In this document: piece after piece, positions 40,446 to 55,241 of the stretch
How the letters are laid out: every line of letters begins with the position of its first letter
Position numbering within the stretch: the first letter of the stretch is position 1
NCBI GenBank assembly: GCA_964016885.1
Contig: OZ024740.1
Span: 96,410,001 to 96,474,000, forward strand
Length of the DNA: 64,000 nt
From: Eledone cirrhosa
Lineage: Eukaryota
Direction: 5' to 3'
The notes under the pieces: generated by a model
The model's input: only the letters and a program-made list of their open reading frames with translations
Database searches by the model: none
Told to the model about the DNA's origin: nothing
Made by a program: the position numbers and the translations under genes

Positions 40446-42022
40446 AAAAAAAAATATATATATATATATATATAGGGAGTGAGACAGATACGTAGACTTC
40501 TGTGTGTGTAAGCGCAATTGTGCATATTTGCTTATTTGTGTTTGTATTGTGTTTCACTGGCTTTACCTTTCTTAGATACTTTTCTAATTTTCTGCCGCCC
40601 CGTTCCCATATTTGTATCGATGTGCCTTTCTTTCTCTCTTACGTCAAATACATTGTACTTCTTATTTTATCCTAACTAATCCATCAACAGCAATTGACAA
40701 TACTCTTGATAATGGCTGTGGCAGAACATCCTCTTTCCCCGACGCATGACATTTCTTTGACGGTTTGAATTTAATGATGTTGAATTGGCCATCGGTTGAC
40801 ATCTCTCTTTCATTTGGACTTTCGTCTCACGTCAGTGATTGATCAAAGCTCCCATAAACTACTGAACTTAGAACGAATAAATGCAACTCTGCCTCGTCCG
40901 CGATCAAATTTAAATGTCCAGGATTCGATACCACTGATCGTCATTTACATTAATCAATCTGCCTCTTCAATATTAATGTAACTACACATTGGAATCACAC
41001 ATTATTGCAATTCTACTATTAAAAGCACAACACGTAGATAACCGTCACCAAAACAAACACTAATAGCAATACAACATGTCAATAAAATAAAATAAAATAA
41101 ATTTCACGACATCTAAAACAAGATTTATTGGGGAAGAAAATTGATTGAAATAAATACCATCTATAAGAAATGTCTCACTAAACCTTTCATCATAGCTCCA
41201 GTCATAAATCTTCCACATCTGTTTACAACCGTGCCAATGAAAAAGAACAGCGGTATATCTTGAATAGGCATCGAAATGAAGACAGAATAAATGCTTGATA
41301 TTCGTTTATTTTTGTATATATATTTGTTTAACTTATGTTCAAAAATACAAAAGAAGAACAATTATGCGACCATTCATATTTATGGTATAGTATTTATTTA
41401 TTTATCCGTAAATTCAAAATTGTAAATTAGAACTATCTACCCATAAAGGATAAAAGCATCATCTTCACCGCGTCTGTCTGGAAATCTATCAATCAATCTA
41501 TCTATGTATTTCCTTATTGATCTTTAAGTTGTCATAGCTGTCTCTCACATGGTTGTGTCTCCATTAATCTCTTCAGACACACATAGACATACACATGCCC
41601 GCGGGGGCTAACACACACACACATGCCCACACACAAAAACAAACGTACACACACTTACACACACACACATATATATATTTATATATGCGTGTGTGTGTTT
41701 GCGTGTGTGTATGTTGTATCTTTCCATTGATTTATCTAACTGTGCCATTCTCAATCTTGTATATATCAATATCCAATTTTGTTAGAATAAATGTGAATTA
41801 ATTTGTATTTGGTTGTTCATGTGGTTTATCAATGTTTTAGACGCACTGGTGATACTTCTAAACAACCATCGTCCTCCCACCAAGATACACAGTCATCCAT
41901 CTATATACCTGTCTATTGTTCTATTTATCAGTTTATCACAATATATATATCTATTTCATAACAAATAGGAACGCATCATACACACACGCAAATATTTATA
42001 TATATATATATATATATTTATA

Positions 42023-42132
<110 letters not shown>

Positions 42133-42954
42133 GGTATGCATGTATGTCTACATCAATAAGTTCATACATGCTACACACACGTTTCAACTGTGCCTATATA
42201 AATGCACATTTGTTTATTTAGATAAATATTTATACATTTTCTTAAAAGTATCTTACTCATTGACTCTTTGTGTATTTGTGTGTGCGTATTATTTTAATTT
42301 ATTTTTATATTTTCATGTATCACCATCTCTAATAAAACAATATTAACGAAAGAATTATTTCTAATTCATTTTATGTGTAAAATGTAGATTTATGTTCAGT
42401 GTTTCCAGAAAGATCATGACAAGAAAGATGAATGTTATTCTGAGACCTATTGTCTAAAACAAGATGTTCTGTCTATTTCGGTAGGAATATAAAAAGCTAA
42501 AGTTTCCAGGATGTCAAGTGACGTATGCTAAAATAAACATCTGTTTAATAAAGAGGTCAAGCACATCTATATCGACAATATAATTCATTTTCAGTGGGCC
42601 TTTTCTTTATCGATTGATTGCAATATTTGGAAATAGATATACACATCTTAACATATACCAATGAATTATATTATAACGCCAACACAAATGTACATACGTA
42701 CGTATTGCTGTAGACGAGTGTTAGAAAATGAGGGATAGGAATATGAAAGAGAAACCAAAATGAAAAAGAAGAATGGAGAGTGTAAGAATGAGGACGATTG
42801 TGAAATTAATGGATAAGCAAAAGCTTCGTAAGTATGTGTTTGGAATTCTGGTCCATATATAGCAGACATATGACTTTAAGCATCTTTCATAAATATTATC
42901 ATACATAAACAATTGTCCGACAGAACATGTGCTTTTATATAGAGATAAACACAT

Positions 42955-43700
42955 GCACCAACCTTCCCATTGCTTTTGCTTAATTTACCCCTCTTCATCA
43001 CTAGGACGCCACACTTATTAACACCAAATTTGATACATATATTATTGCTGAAAATACGAACAGTAATAGCAAGTACATCTAACACCTCGCTTTGTCTAAT
43101 GTGGTTTAGATCGTCCATGAATAGGAAATAGTTGATGATAAGATCTCCTCTTCCCAGCTTGAATCCTGTTTTCGCTTTTCACAATATGAGAGACATGGGT
43201 ATAAGTGTAAGGAGAAACAATGGGGACAAAATATCTTCTTGGAAAGTACCTCTGTTGGTCTTCACTGCTCCCAAGGATTATCCACCTGATGTTAGCTCTG
43301 TTTACCGAGACTTCATACGTTTACTTAATAGCTGTCTGATTTTGTCTGCCACCTTTAATATATCTAGGCTTTTGTTTCTTCAAGAAGGAGGAACCATGCC
43401 GAATGACTTGTAATATATCCATCACATGACAAGACCAGTATGCCTCCTCTTTTAATACCTTATTACCATATTATCATTAAGCAACTGAACTTTTGTACAA
43501 CTGGACTTATTTTGGCATCCTATCATCCACTAAGCAGTCATTGAACATTGCTGTCAGTTTTGGGTGGAGATATGTTATAATTTTTATCCAACATCCTTGC
43601 ACACGATCTGGGCCTAGTGATTTAAAGTGTGTTGGTTTATCGGCCTGCTTTTTAAGAGTTTCACCTGGGATACTGAAATCAAGGTTGTGTGTGTGATTGT
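42955..43700 (-). mobile_element. Old, internally deleted R4/Dong RT fragment
   Basis: MDDL...VRIFSNNICIKFGVNKCGVLVMKRGKL and ETLKKQADK...GPDRVQGCWIK...LHPKLTAMFNDCL align with ORF 3895..5430. Confidence 0.85.
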
Positions 43701-43894
43701 CAACTAATCCCCTTTTAATTATTATTATTATCATTATCCTATGTATACAAACAGGGAGACACAAAGCAGCTTTTGTTGAGACACGGCTAGCAAATTTTCA
43801 AATTGGGTAGTAACACGTGCTTATGCCGTATTTAACGAAATAGAATTAGTCTGTTAGGTGAGATTTAAAAAAAACACTCTGCATGAGGAAAAAA

Positions 43895-43980
43895 AGGATG
43901 AGCATTGACGTACATGGGATACGAACCATCATCTTTGGTTTGTTGGACCAATGTATAACCATTAGTCCAACACGCCACCC
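43895..43980 (-). other. tRNA-like sequence between direct repeats of about 72 bp (43741-43813, 44031-44104)
   Basis: Minus strand reads TGGACTAATGGTTA (A box) ... GGTTCGTATCCC (B box). Confidence 0.55.
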
Positions 43981-44462
43981 AAACACGCTTCTATTCAATT
44001 AGAAGCTATATAAGAATAGCAGGTATACATATGTATACAAACAGGGATATACAAAGCAGGATTTGTTCAGAAACGGCTAGTGAATTTTAAAATTAGCTAG
44101 TAAAATAGTATCAAATATTCAATTAATTGTATTAATAAATGCTAGTTAAGAGCGTTTATTGGAGACTGAATATATGCTGGAAAATATATGCATCAAAATG
44201 CATTCAGGAATTGTATATCCATTATGCAACATATGGTGCAGATTCCTAGCGACCCAGTAACTTATAGAATATTTTTATTAATTTATATCGATTCCTATCT
44301 ACTCGAGACGCTTATGGTTACTATTGGTCTTGTTTCTATTTACCATAATTTTGGTATGATTATGGGCATATGCATTCCTATGCTTTTCTTGGTGTCAAAC
44401 TTTCTTAACTTGATGTTCATTCTGGACGAGAATATATATACATGCTATGTATATACGTAAGT

Positions 44463-44650
44463 GAAGATGCGTGGCTGAGAGGTTAGAGAATTGTATTTGC
44501 AATCGTGGTGTTGTGAGTCCGATTCCCGGACTGTAGGATGCGTTATGTTCCTGGTTAATACACTTTATTTGCAACGCATAGTGAGTATTAGCAGTTAGAA
44601 AATTCAATTTAATCATTGTTTCCTCGGTGCGATTTGATGGGAGTCGATTA
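44463..44650 (+). mobile_element. tRNA-derived SINE family S2, diverged
   Basis: Homologous to 40228-40445. Confidence 0.8.
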
Positions 44651-45013
44651 ACTGTCCATAGGTATGTGTGTGTGTGGTGCGTATGTTTTTTGTATAAAAT
44701 ATCCGTAGGTGTGAGAAAGGATAAAGGGAAACAATGCTCAATCCATAAATGAGCTGATATTATTTATTTATATTTAAACACGGAACAAAATCGCTACCGA
44801 AGGTAGCGTATTGAGCGGATCTCCAGAATGTAAGAGGGATCAAAATTGTGCCCTACATTTCAGGCACTGTAAATAGTTTGTATTTATACAATGTTGATCC
44901 TACTTACATTCTAGTGATATTGTCAACATTGAGACTTAAAAATTAACGGAGCGCTTTTGTTCCATGCATAAACATATGAATGAATAATATATATATGAAT
45001 ATGGGAAGATGGA

Positions 45014-46458
45014 TTGGGTGGACCAAAAGCTATACGGACCCCCCAAAATAATGATCGAGTAAGAAAAGTGGTCGCACATGCAATAGGGGCTAGTATTAAA
45101 ACTACCCTAAAGGGCCACATATTCCAGTTCAACGAGAAGATCTACACCCAAAATGAGGGAGCAGCCATTGGCATCAGCATAGATGGTGATGTTGCCAACC
45201 TTTTTATGGTATGGTGGGAAAGGAGACTTAAAATCTCCTTAATGAGAGCTGCATAGACCTCTTCATGTACTGTCTTTACGTAGACGATATCAATATAGTT
45301 ATAAGAACATCCCCACTAGAGAGCACTAACACGTTTGATTTAGAACGTAGCAGAATAGAAAGCATCCAGCAGATAGCTAATTCCATACACCAGAGTATAA
45401 CTGTAACTATCGACTACCCTTCCAAATACCCTAACAATAGACTACCTGTATTAGACACAGAACTCTGGATTAACACTATAGACGAGAGAGCCCAAATTCT
45501 TCACTCACACTATGCTAAACCGATGGCCTCCAAATATCTGATACTCCAAAACTCAGCAATGTCCAGTAGTGCTAAGTTTAATATTCTGAACGCAGATTTG
45601 GTACGAGTGATGAAGAATGTGTCCCGCATGAGCGATCCAACAGAAATGGAGAGACACATCCAACACTTCATCAACCGCATGCAGTTCTCTGGCTACAACC
45701 AAAGAGACATAGTCAGAGTATACGAAGGAGCCATGGAGAAGTATAAGACCGTCATAGAACTGGACATGAAAGGAATTTGCCCATTATACAGGAGCAAATC
45801 ATGGAATAGCTTAGATAGGGCTAGACATAAGATAGGGAAAGCCACCTCATGGTACGACAACCAGAGATACCAGAGTATCGTGTTTGTGGACGCTACCCCT
45901 GGAGTGAAATTAGCTAACCAGTGTAGAAAGGCCCTGAGAAAGACCCACTTAAAGATTAAGATGGTAGAAAAGCCAGGAACCACGATAAAATCCCTGATCA
46001 GCAAAACCTACCCTTTTAAGAAAACCCACTGTACTAATAGGAAATGTATCATATGTAAGGTAAACCCCCGGATAAACTGTAAAACTAGAAACGAAGTCTA
46101 TAGCATAAGATGTACAGAGGGTACCTTCAGAAACATGACAACAACATACATAGGTGAGACAGCTCGTAGCATAGCTGAAAGGATAGACTAACACTGGGGG
46201 GAACAAAAATGACGAAAAAACGGATCAGTACTATACGAACATGCCAAACAACACGATGGTAACATAGACAACATAGAAATTTGAATAATATCTAAACATA
46301 GAAATTTCCCAGCAGATTGGCAAATCAGAGAGGACAGTGAAATAGAACTTAGAAGGCCAAGACTAAACAGAAAGAATGAATGGAATAACAACAACACCCA
46401 AACAAACAACACTGACCTAAGAGAAGTATAAATAAATAAATAAATAAATAGATAAATA
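45014..46458 (+). pseudogene. PLE RT-GIY-YIG ORF with in-frame stops
   Basis: Track ORFs 45014..45256 and 45265..46191 plus downstream continuation. Confidence 0.85.
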
Positions 46459-46700
46459 AATAAATAAATACATACACAAGCACAATAATATCAAACACAT
46501 ATAAACACACACTAGTAAAGATAGAATACATTAACCAATACACAGTCACCCAATCACGAACACACATCAAACAAAACACTATACACACACGCAAACTCAT
46601 ACGCAAAGAAGGCAAAATAAAATAAACAAAAAAATAAATATATAAACAGACTAAATAAAGATGGCGTAGAAAATACAATGTAACGGGAGGAAACAATATC

Positions 46701-46742
46701 ACCACTGACGATGTTGCAGATGTGCAACGAAAGAACTTTGAT
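46701..46742 (+). ncRNA. Minimal hammerhead in Nematis-like pLTR (slightly degenerate)
   Basis: ACCA-CTGACGA-T GTTGCA GATG TGCAAC-GAAA-GAAC-TT^TGAT. Confidence 0.65.
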
Positions 46743-46953
46743 AAACTATATATATGTGTTTGTGTCTATATTGCATCCGTATGATCTTTGACCGTTGGTC
46801 AGTCAATGGCAACATTGTGGACCTAATAAATTAGATTACCGATATAAAAGACACGGAAGCGAAAAGCGAAACCAACCAAACAGTGAGTGTGTTCTGTTAT
46901 TAATTCTGGCAATATTACACAAATATGCCCCTCCCCAGTATAACAATATATAT

Positions 46954-47040
<87 letters not shown>

Positions 47041-47045
<5 letters not shown>

Positions 47046-47220
47046 GTTTCTACTTTAGGCACAAGGCCAGCAATTACCCAGTGCATTACTGGTACTTTAT
47101 TTTATCGACCACGTAAGGATGAAAGGCAAAGTCAACCTCAGCGGGATTTGAACTCAGATCGTAAAGGGACGTAACTATGCTGGAAAGCATGGCGTCCGAC
47201 CCTCTACCGATACTGGCAAT
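47041..47220 (-). mobile_element. SINE family S1
   Basis: Near-identical to the reverse complement of 38690-38868. Confidence 0.92.
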
Positions 47221-47224
47221 ATAA

Positions 47225-47955
<731 letters not shown>

Positions 47956-47964
47956 ATTATATTG

Positions 47965-49650
47965 GCACATCCAAAGAGGGCTCGATAAGGATAAATATAT
48001 ATCATATATATATGAACCGTAGAGCAAATATTTATTAAAATAACAGATTAAAGTTTAACCAACGAATCGCTGCCATCATCCTTATCCGGATCTTCTGAAG
48101 CTAAACAAATCAATCTGTGAACGCAGAAGTAAATATTTTAAATAACTTTGCAACCGAAGGAAGACAGGAATATGATACTTTGGTTCATGGAAACGTTCCC
48201 TGGCAACGAACGGATAAAGACAAAGATAATACGTCATAATTTGGAGCGGTGAAAACAATTACACACAAAGACGTGCATTACCAGAGTAGGTGTCGACGAA
48301 CCACCTAATAGAATATTAGTCTACGACTTCATTTATACCAAACAAATGTGGTTTTGTATTTGCGTGTAATTGTTTTCACCGCTCCCAATTATGACGTGTT
48401 ATATTTGTCTTTATCCGTTCTTTGCCAGGGAACGTTTCCACGAACCACAGTATCGTATTGCTGTGTTCCTTCGGTTGTAAAGTTTTTTTAAATATTTACT
48501 TCTGCATTCACAGATTGATTTTTTTTAGTTTCAGAAGATCCCGTTAAGGGTGATAGCAGCGATTCTTTGCTTAAACTTTAATCTGTTATTTTAATAAATA
48601 AATATATATATATATATATAATAATAATAAATTTGAAGAGTAAAATCCCAAGAGGGCTCGATAAGGATAAATATATATCAGATATATAAGAACCATAGAA
48701 CAAATATTTATTAAAATAAAGATTAAAGTTTAAGCAAATAATCGCTGCTTTCACCCTTAACGGAATATCTGAAACTAAAAAAGTAAATCTGCGAACGGAG
48801 AAGTACATCTTTCAAAAAACGTTCCAACCAAAGGAAGACAGGAAGACGATAGTTTGGTTTGTGGAAATGTTCCCTGGCAAAGAACGGAAAAAACGAAAAT
48901 AATACGTCATTATTTGGTGCAGTGAAAACAATTACACGCGAAGACAAAACCACGCTTATGGTATAAGTGAAGTCGTTGACTAATATTCTATTTGGTGGTT
49001 CATGGAGACGTTCCCTGGCCATGAACGGAAAAAACGAATATAACACGTCATTATGTGGACCAATGAGAACAATTTCACGCAAAGAGAAAACCACGTAAAT
49101 GGTATAACTGATGTCGTCGACTAAAATTCTATTTAGGAAGCCGAACGATTCTCGGCTTCTGAGTTAAGAATAAAGTAAATAAAATACAGAGGTATTTGAA
49201 ATTAAATATATACATACACACATCCATATACGTACATACACAAGCATACCCGAAAACACTCCCTATGGGTATGCAAAAACAAGCACGTACATAAAAAAAC
49301 ACAAACAGAAAACACACACACGCACATGCAGAACCCACGCAACACCAAAAGCACACATACGAACGAATACACCAAATACACATAAAAATAAATAAATAAA
49401 AACACATATATATACACATGTGTACGCGTGTATACATAATGAAAAAAAACGTATATAGATATACACACATAAATACGTATACAACGCGCGCACACACACA
49501 CCCACATGTAAATATACATATGTTCGCGGAAACGTCAACCAAAACTCAAAGTACACATATACACACACCCTACATACGTACGAAATTTAATAAATATATA
49601 TATATATATTTATTAAAATAACAGATTAAAGTTTAAGCAAAGAATCGATT
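47965..49650. mobile_element. Cluster of inverted and tandem pLTR/3' region pieces of PLE family E
   Basis: 47965-48290 (-), 48300-48600 (+), 48640-49590 (-) and 49605-49648 (-) are all homologous to 11000-11797. Confidence 0.88.
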
Positions 49651-50771
49651 TGGATTTTAGTCTTCAAATTTATTATTATTACTATATATATATTTATATA
49701 TATATATGTGCGCGTGTGAGTGTGTGTGTATGTGTGTGTGTGTGTGTGTGTGTATGTTTGTGTGGCCGTGTGTATGTATGCTTATATATATACATATATA
49801 TATATATAAAATAAATATTTTCAGAAATGTAGATAGATAGATATATAATGCTATAAAATGCAAGATGATTCTAAAAGAGACTCTTCTTTTATGTTGTAAT
49901 ATAAATATTATTTCATAAGTTTTACAACGGAAACGATATTAATTATACATGTTGTAAATGAACAGTTTTTACAAGACTGATATGTGTCTGTAAGTAAGTG
50001 CAACAAACTTGATTGTGTTAAAACAATCAGGACATGTCAGTAAAATATGTGTTATCTTTTAACGTTGTGTAGTTACTTGGGGAAATTTGGTATACGCACA
50101 TGCAAATTTACTCCTATTCGTATGCTGTAATGACATCAAATGAATAGAATGCATGTGAATAAATAAATATTACAGCAGGTGATTCAAGTTCAAGGAGTCA
50201 AAATGTCATACGTCCGGAGATAGATGTACAAGGGCTTAAATATGAGATGATGTCGGGCTTGATTTCTATTAATCATAACATTAATCTACAATGCAGCTGA
50301 TAGTTTCTCATTTATTTTTCAAATGAAAACACATCTTTTACTAAGTGTGATATAGGGATCAAATGATCAAATTTCCCGTTTCAAGATTTCCTTAATTGCA
50401 ATTTTCTTTTGATAAATTACCTTTTTTACCGATTCATTTTAAAGAAATTGTGATCTGTTTCAATTTAATTGTATTTAATGTGTAAATTAGGACACATTAT
50501 ACGGTAAATATTATTGAAATATAATGTGTCTTGATTAAAACTGAGAAAACAAAAGTAGAATAACAAAACTACCCTATCGCATGCAATGAAACAAAATGAT
50601 TTCTTCATGTTCTGTTCTGTGAGCTAGGTTTGCATAAACTTAATCACTGTTCAATAATAGATATTCGAAGCAAACCGGTATATATTTTACTAACGTTCTT
50701 ATTTAGAATCTTCTTTTTTATGTATTTAACATTTGATACGTATATCTGATTTTCAGTTATCATATTTATTT

Positions 50772-50958
50772 GTGGTTGATTGGTAATATCGGTAGAGGGT
50801 TGGACGCCATGCTTTCCAGCATAGTTACGTCCCTTTGCGGTCTGAGTTCAAATCTCGTCGAGGTTAGCTTTGCCTTTTATCCTTACGGAGTCGATAAAAT
50901 AAAGTACCAGTAATGTACTGGGTAATTGATGGCCTTGTGCCAAACGTAGAAACAATTA
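50772..50958 (+). mobile_element. SINE family S1, diverged
   Basis: Homology to 38681-38864. Confidence 0.9.
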
Positions 50959-52449
50959 TATTTAATTGAAAATGATATGTTTTTGTACATTCTTCCCTTC
51001 CTTTGGGGGAAATATGGTCATCCAATGGCTGTCTGTTTGCATTAAGTTAGCATATCAAGCTTAATACTTCTTCAACTTATGTAGCTGTTGAAGGAGTATG
51101 AACGGGCTGAAACAGAATTTACCATGTTTTTAGGAAATATATTAGTCACAAAAATCGATTTGCTGCGTACCATAGAAAAGTTGTATGTTTAGATCCGCGT
51201 GTTAGAGAAGACACGGGTGTATATAATACGGTAAATTATTACTAACAAGAAAAATTAAAATAAATATATATGAATAAGTAGAAAATTAGAGGTTAAATCT
51301 TTGAATAGGTAGACGTACAAATATATTTATGGACTGAATTATAATCACATGAATATATAACCATTTCAATCAGTTGAGATAATCATCATAAATAATCACG
51401 ATTGAAATTTAGTAGATTAACAATATCATGCACACACTTTGTTGTTGTCACTTTGTCGGGTGATTGCTCTGTTCAACTCAGGGACTGGTGTACCTGGGTG
51501 GAATTTCAACTTAGACCGCAAAGTACCAGCAGATTTGCATTTCAGCACTTGGCTTGATGTATAACAATTTAGCCAATTGACAACAATAAACTGCTAGTTT
51601 ATTCTATTGAATTTGAAATGATACAAGGCAAGCTTGACACGCAAACGTTGAAATTTAAGAGCATACAAAGCCGGAACAAATAATGTTATTCTATATATAT
51701 ATATATATCATACAGATTGTTATTTGTCAATATGCAGAACATCTCTATGAAAAGACCGCTAAAATTTACCTTTTTCAGAGAAGCATATAACATAGAAAAG
51801 AACATATACAATGTGATAAACCGGGGGTTCGTAGTAAAGTAATCTAAATTTAGAATGCTTTAGTGTATTTCGCTGGAATAAAAAAAAACAACAACAGGAA
51901 ACGGGCGTGACATCCTTAATACAATCTATACTGGAAGAAGTTTCTTTCATCAGAGGTCATGTTTGTAGTTAAAAAATATACAGTATATATATAAAGTGTC
52001 TGCTACATTTTGTCCCACAGATGGCCGTAGTAGCATGCTACCATATTACTCGTCCGCATCTGAGTGAGGTTATTATAAACAGATCTTTCCTGCTAGTTTG
52101 TAAATTGGTAGGGAGATGTATAGGTTATTTGGCGAATCAATACTTCCACTCAACTCCAGCAGCCTTCGGAAGCGGGAATATCGTGTTATGGAGAATGGTA
52201 ATTCCCCTGGATCAAGCTGAGATCTATACACTCAAAGAAAATATGCAACATACAATATATATATTTACACACACACACACACACATATCGTTAGTAAATC
52301 TCCGGATTTTATATACTTTTATGGAACACAAACAATCACCACCATCCTAGGGAGGGTATCCGGGAGGTTCCAAACCAACTAAGTTGTGGAGGGCCAACAA
52401 TACAGCCAGAGGAACCATCAACATGTTACGAAACTGAAATCGAAACCAA

Positions 52450-52925
52450 CACTCCAAAATGGGTGTTGTCACATGGAAGGTATTGTCGATCTTCGCCCTG
52501 GATCAGCCATTTAGTTGTATCAAGGGCTATCTTAATGTTATATCACACTGGTGGGATTCTGCGAGAAACACTGGTCTGGCAGTTGAGAATTCATCACGGG
52601 AGACCACTGCCTCATCAGACGCTACAGACCGGACAGACGGACAGACGCTAATGAAGCCATTTCTTCTTCTGCCGGATTCCCTGCTACCGACCCATTGTAT
52701 ATTCAACACATTATAACAACCTTTTTGGACTCATCCAACAATGACACTGATACTCAACTATCTCAGTATCGCAGCGACTTGTTTTAGCCGCAAACTCATT
52801 CATCACTGGACATTGTACTGTTCGGGCGGCTATACCCCGAATGCAATCGATTACATCATTATCTCCCGCCGCTGGCGGTTGCTTGACCCCAACTGCTGGG
52901 TCTACAGAAAGGCTCAACTTCGACT
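52450..52925 (+). mobile_element. Highly degenerate LINE apurinic-like endonuclease remnant
   Basis: GVVTWKVLSI resembles the TWNVRTL motif; FSRKLIHHWT...NAIDYIIISRRWRLL..CWVYRKA resembles the TW...IDHIL...DCRVYR motif. Confidence 0.6.
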
Positions 52926-54135
52926 GGTGGACAAGATCAATTCAACACAGGTTGTTGCTTCTGCATCACTGACCTAAGATGACTCCAGTCTTATCGAACA
53001 AGAGTAAGTAAAAGATAAAGTGAATGGTTAGCAATGTGGCAGTGTCAAATGTCCGTCGGATAGATTTCCGTACGATATACATTGCGAGGCTCAGCGATCT
53101 CTAAGTTTAAACCTGAAAAAAATAAATTTACCTTCCAGTAATGAGTGTGATCCTTGCTCCGTATGCCTTTCTACATCTTCGTCCTCACTCAATATCTTCT
53201 ATTCTGGAAAAAGAAATGTTGACCTGGTAATTGGATGGGCTCAGCCTCAAGATTGTACTGTTATCACTACAGCAGGTGATACGAGTCCATAACAACTTTA
53301 ACACAATAATATATATTAATGAGGGTTAGGTAATATTTTTACGAGAATATGCACATTGATTTATTATAATAATCTACTAATAAATTTGTTTAAATAATTG
53401 AAGAAATCTGTTTTTAGTGTCATGTACAACATACCCTGTGCACTGTACATTGCATAGAAGTAATGTTCTAAACACATTTACAATCTGATTGTCTGAAGGA
53501 TAATATTTGTATCATTTGTTTCAAAGGAATATATTTTTTCCGCTATGTATACATCTTCAGGCTTTTTACGATAAATGTGAAATCATAGTATGATTTATAT
53601 TTTCATCTCCTAAGAACGTATTCATACTACTAACAGTTTCATAAATTTATAAAAACAACATCCAATCAAGTATTTCAATTAATAAATTAGAATATTAATT
53701 AAAATTCAACACTAGAAACATCTGAAAATGAATGAAAATAACATTTTCAACTCAATAATATTTTGAGTAGTTAAGAAATTATAAATAAATAAAAGAAGTC
53801 TTTGAAAATATATGATATTTAAATATTTTGATAAACATAGACGTTAATTATAAACTAACAAGTTTTCTTAATTGGTCTTAGCAATATTCGTTATATACTA
53901 ATGCTTCCATTGTAAAATGAATAGACTTTGTTTCTCTATTAAATATTACGTCAAGGGCAACAAGCATGTGTGTATATTTAATGCGTTTGCTTTCAGGGCA
54001 GGTATTTTTCTGGCATTGTTCACAGATGCTCTCTAATATAACCCTGCATTGTGCAGTTATTTACAATAAATCTTTGTAAACGGTGAGGAAGCCCATCGCA
54101 TATATATACATATTTACACACACACATATACATAC

Positions 54136-54255
<120 letters not shown>

Positions 54256-54282
54256 TATATATAAATATATATATATATAAAT

Positions 54283-54315
<33 letters not shown>

Positions 54316-55187
54316 AATATATATATATATAAATAACTGCGCAAGTATGTGTGTGTGTGTCCTTGACTTGCTGATAGAGCAGGCTTGATGGACTGGTATT
54401 CCTTAGTAGTACCACAAATACGGCGTGTTTCATGGTAAAGGCTTATACATATGCATGTTTATGGAAGATGAAGAGACAGAGTTAGCAGTGTCACTATTTC
54501 CGTTTTTTCTGCTTCACTTCTGAGAGAATGAAGGTTCCTGAAGTTGAAATAGTAACTTCAAACACTAGAGATTAGCATTCTCACACAGAAATTAATGTAG
54601 CTCGGCGATAATCACAGCTTAACATACATTTAGAGAGAAACATGAGTTTATTATATATAACATTTTCTATATGCTTTCATATTCTATTATGATTCGCCCG
54701 TGTTATTACTACTGCTAATTGTATGAACATACTCTAAAAAATATTTAACATTGATCAACATCAACATCGTCAAAATAAATTTTATTAAAATTTTGGTTAC
54801 ACTCCTAGAAATAACAACCAAATATTATTTACATAAAAGCTGAACTGGGACTAAAGTGTAACACAAAAACAAATCACAGACAAACATGATTTCAAATATG
54901 TGCATCTTCTAAGATCGTTCACCAGTATGTTAGATTATTCAGCGTAAAGAATTGATAAAGAAAAAAAAATCACTTTGAATGTGGGAAAGTAAATAAAAAG
55001 AAAATAAAACTAAATAAACATCAAGCATAAGTCTTCAAATATTGAAATATCTCATTGTTGCACGTTGGTATGAAATGACGTATTAAATATATTATGTAAC
55101 TGAACCATTATTCAGATGTGAGTAGCAGAGAAACGTGGTACAAAAGCAAGATATATATCCACACACACACACACACACATACCGCCC

Positions 55188-55241
<54 letters not shown>

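Larger units (their letters stand above)
45000..46770 (+). mobile_element. 5'-truncated Penelope-like element (probably Nematis-type)
   Basis: YTQNEGAAIG, YVDD, LPVLDTELW, HYAKPMAS, MQFSGY, FVDATPG, CTNRKCIIC, NCKTRNEVYSIRC, YIGETARS; HHR downstream. Confidence 0.88.

Noticed and set aside
53131-53203. Possible minus-strand exon (TTTCCAG...GAAG/GTAAAT)
   Set aside because: Stop codons in all three frames and no supporting neighbouring exons.
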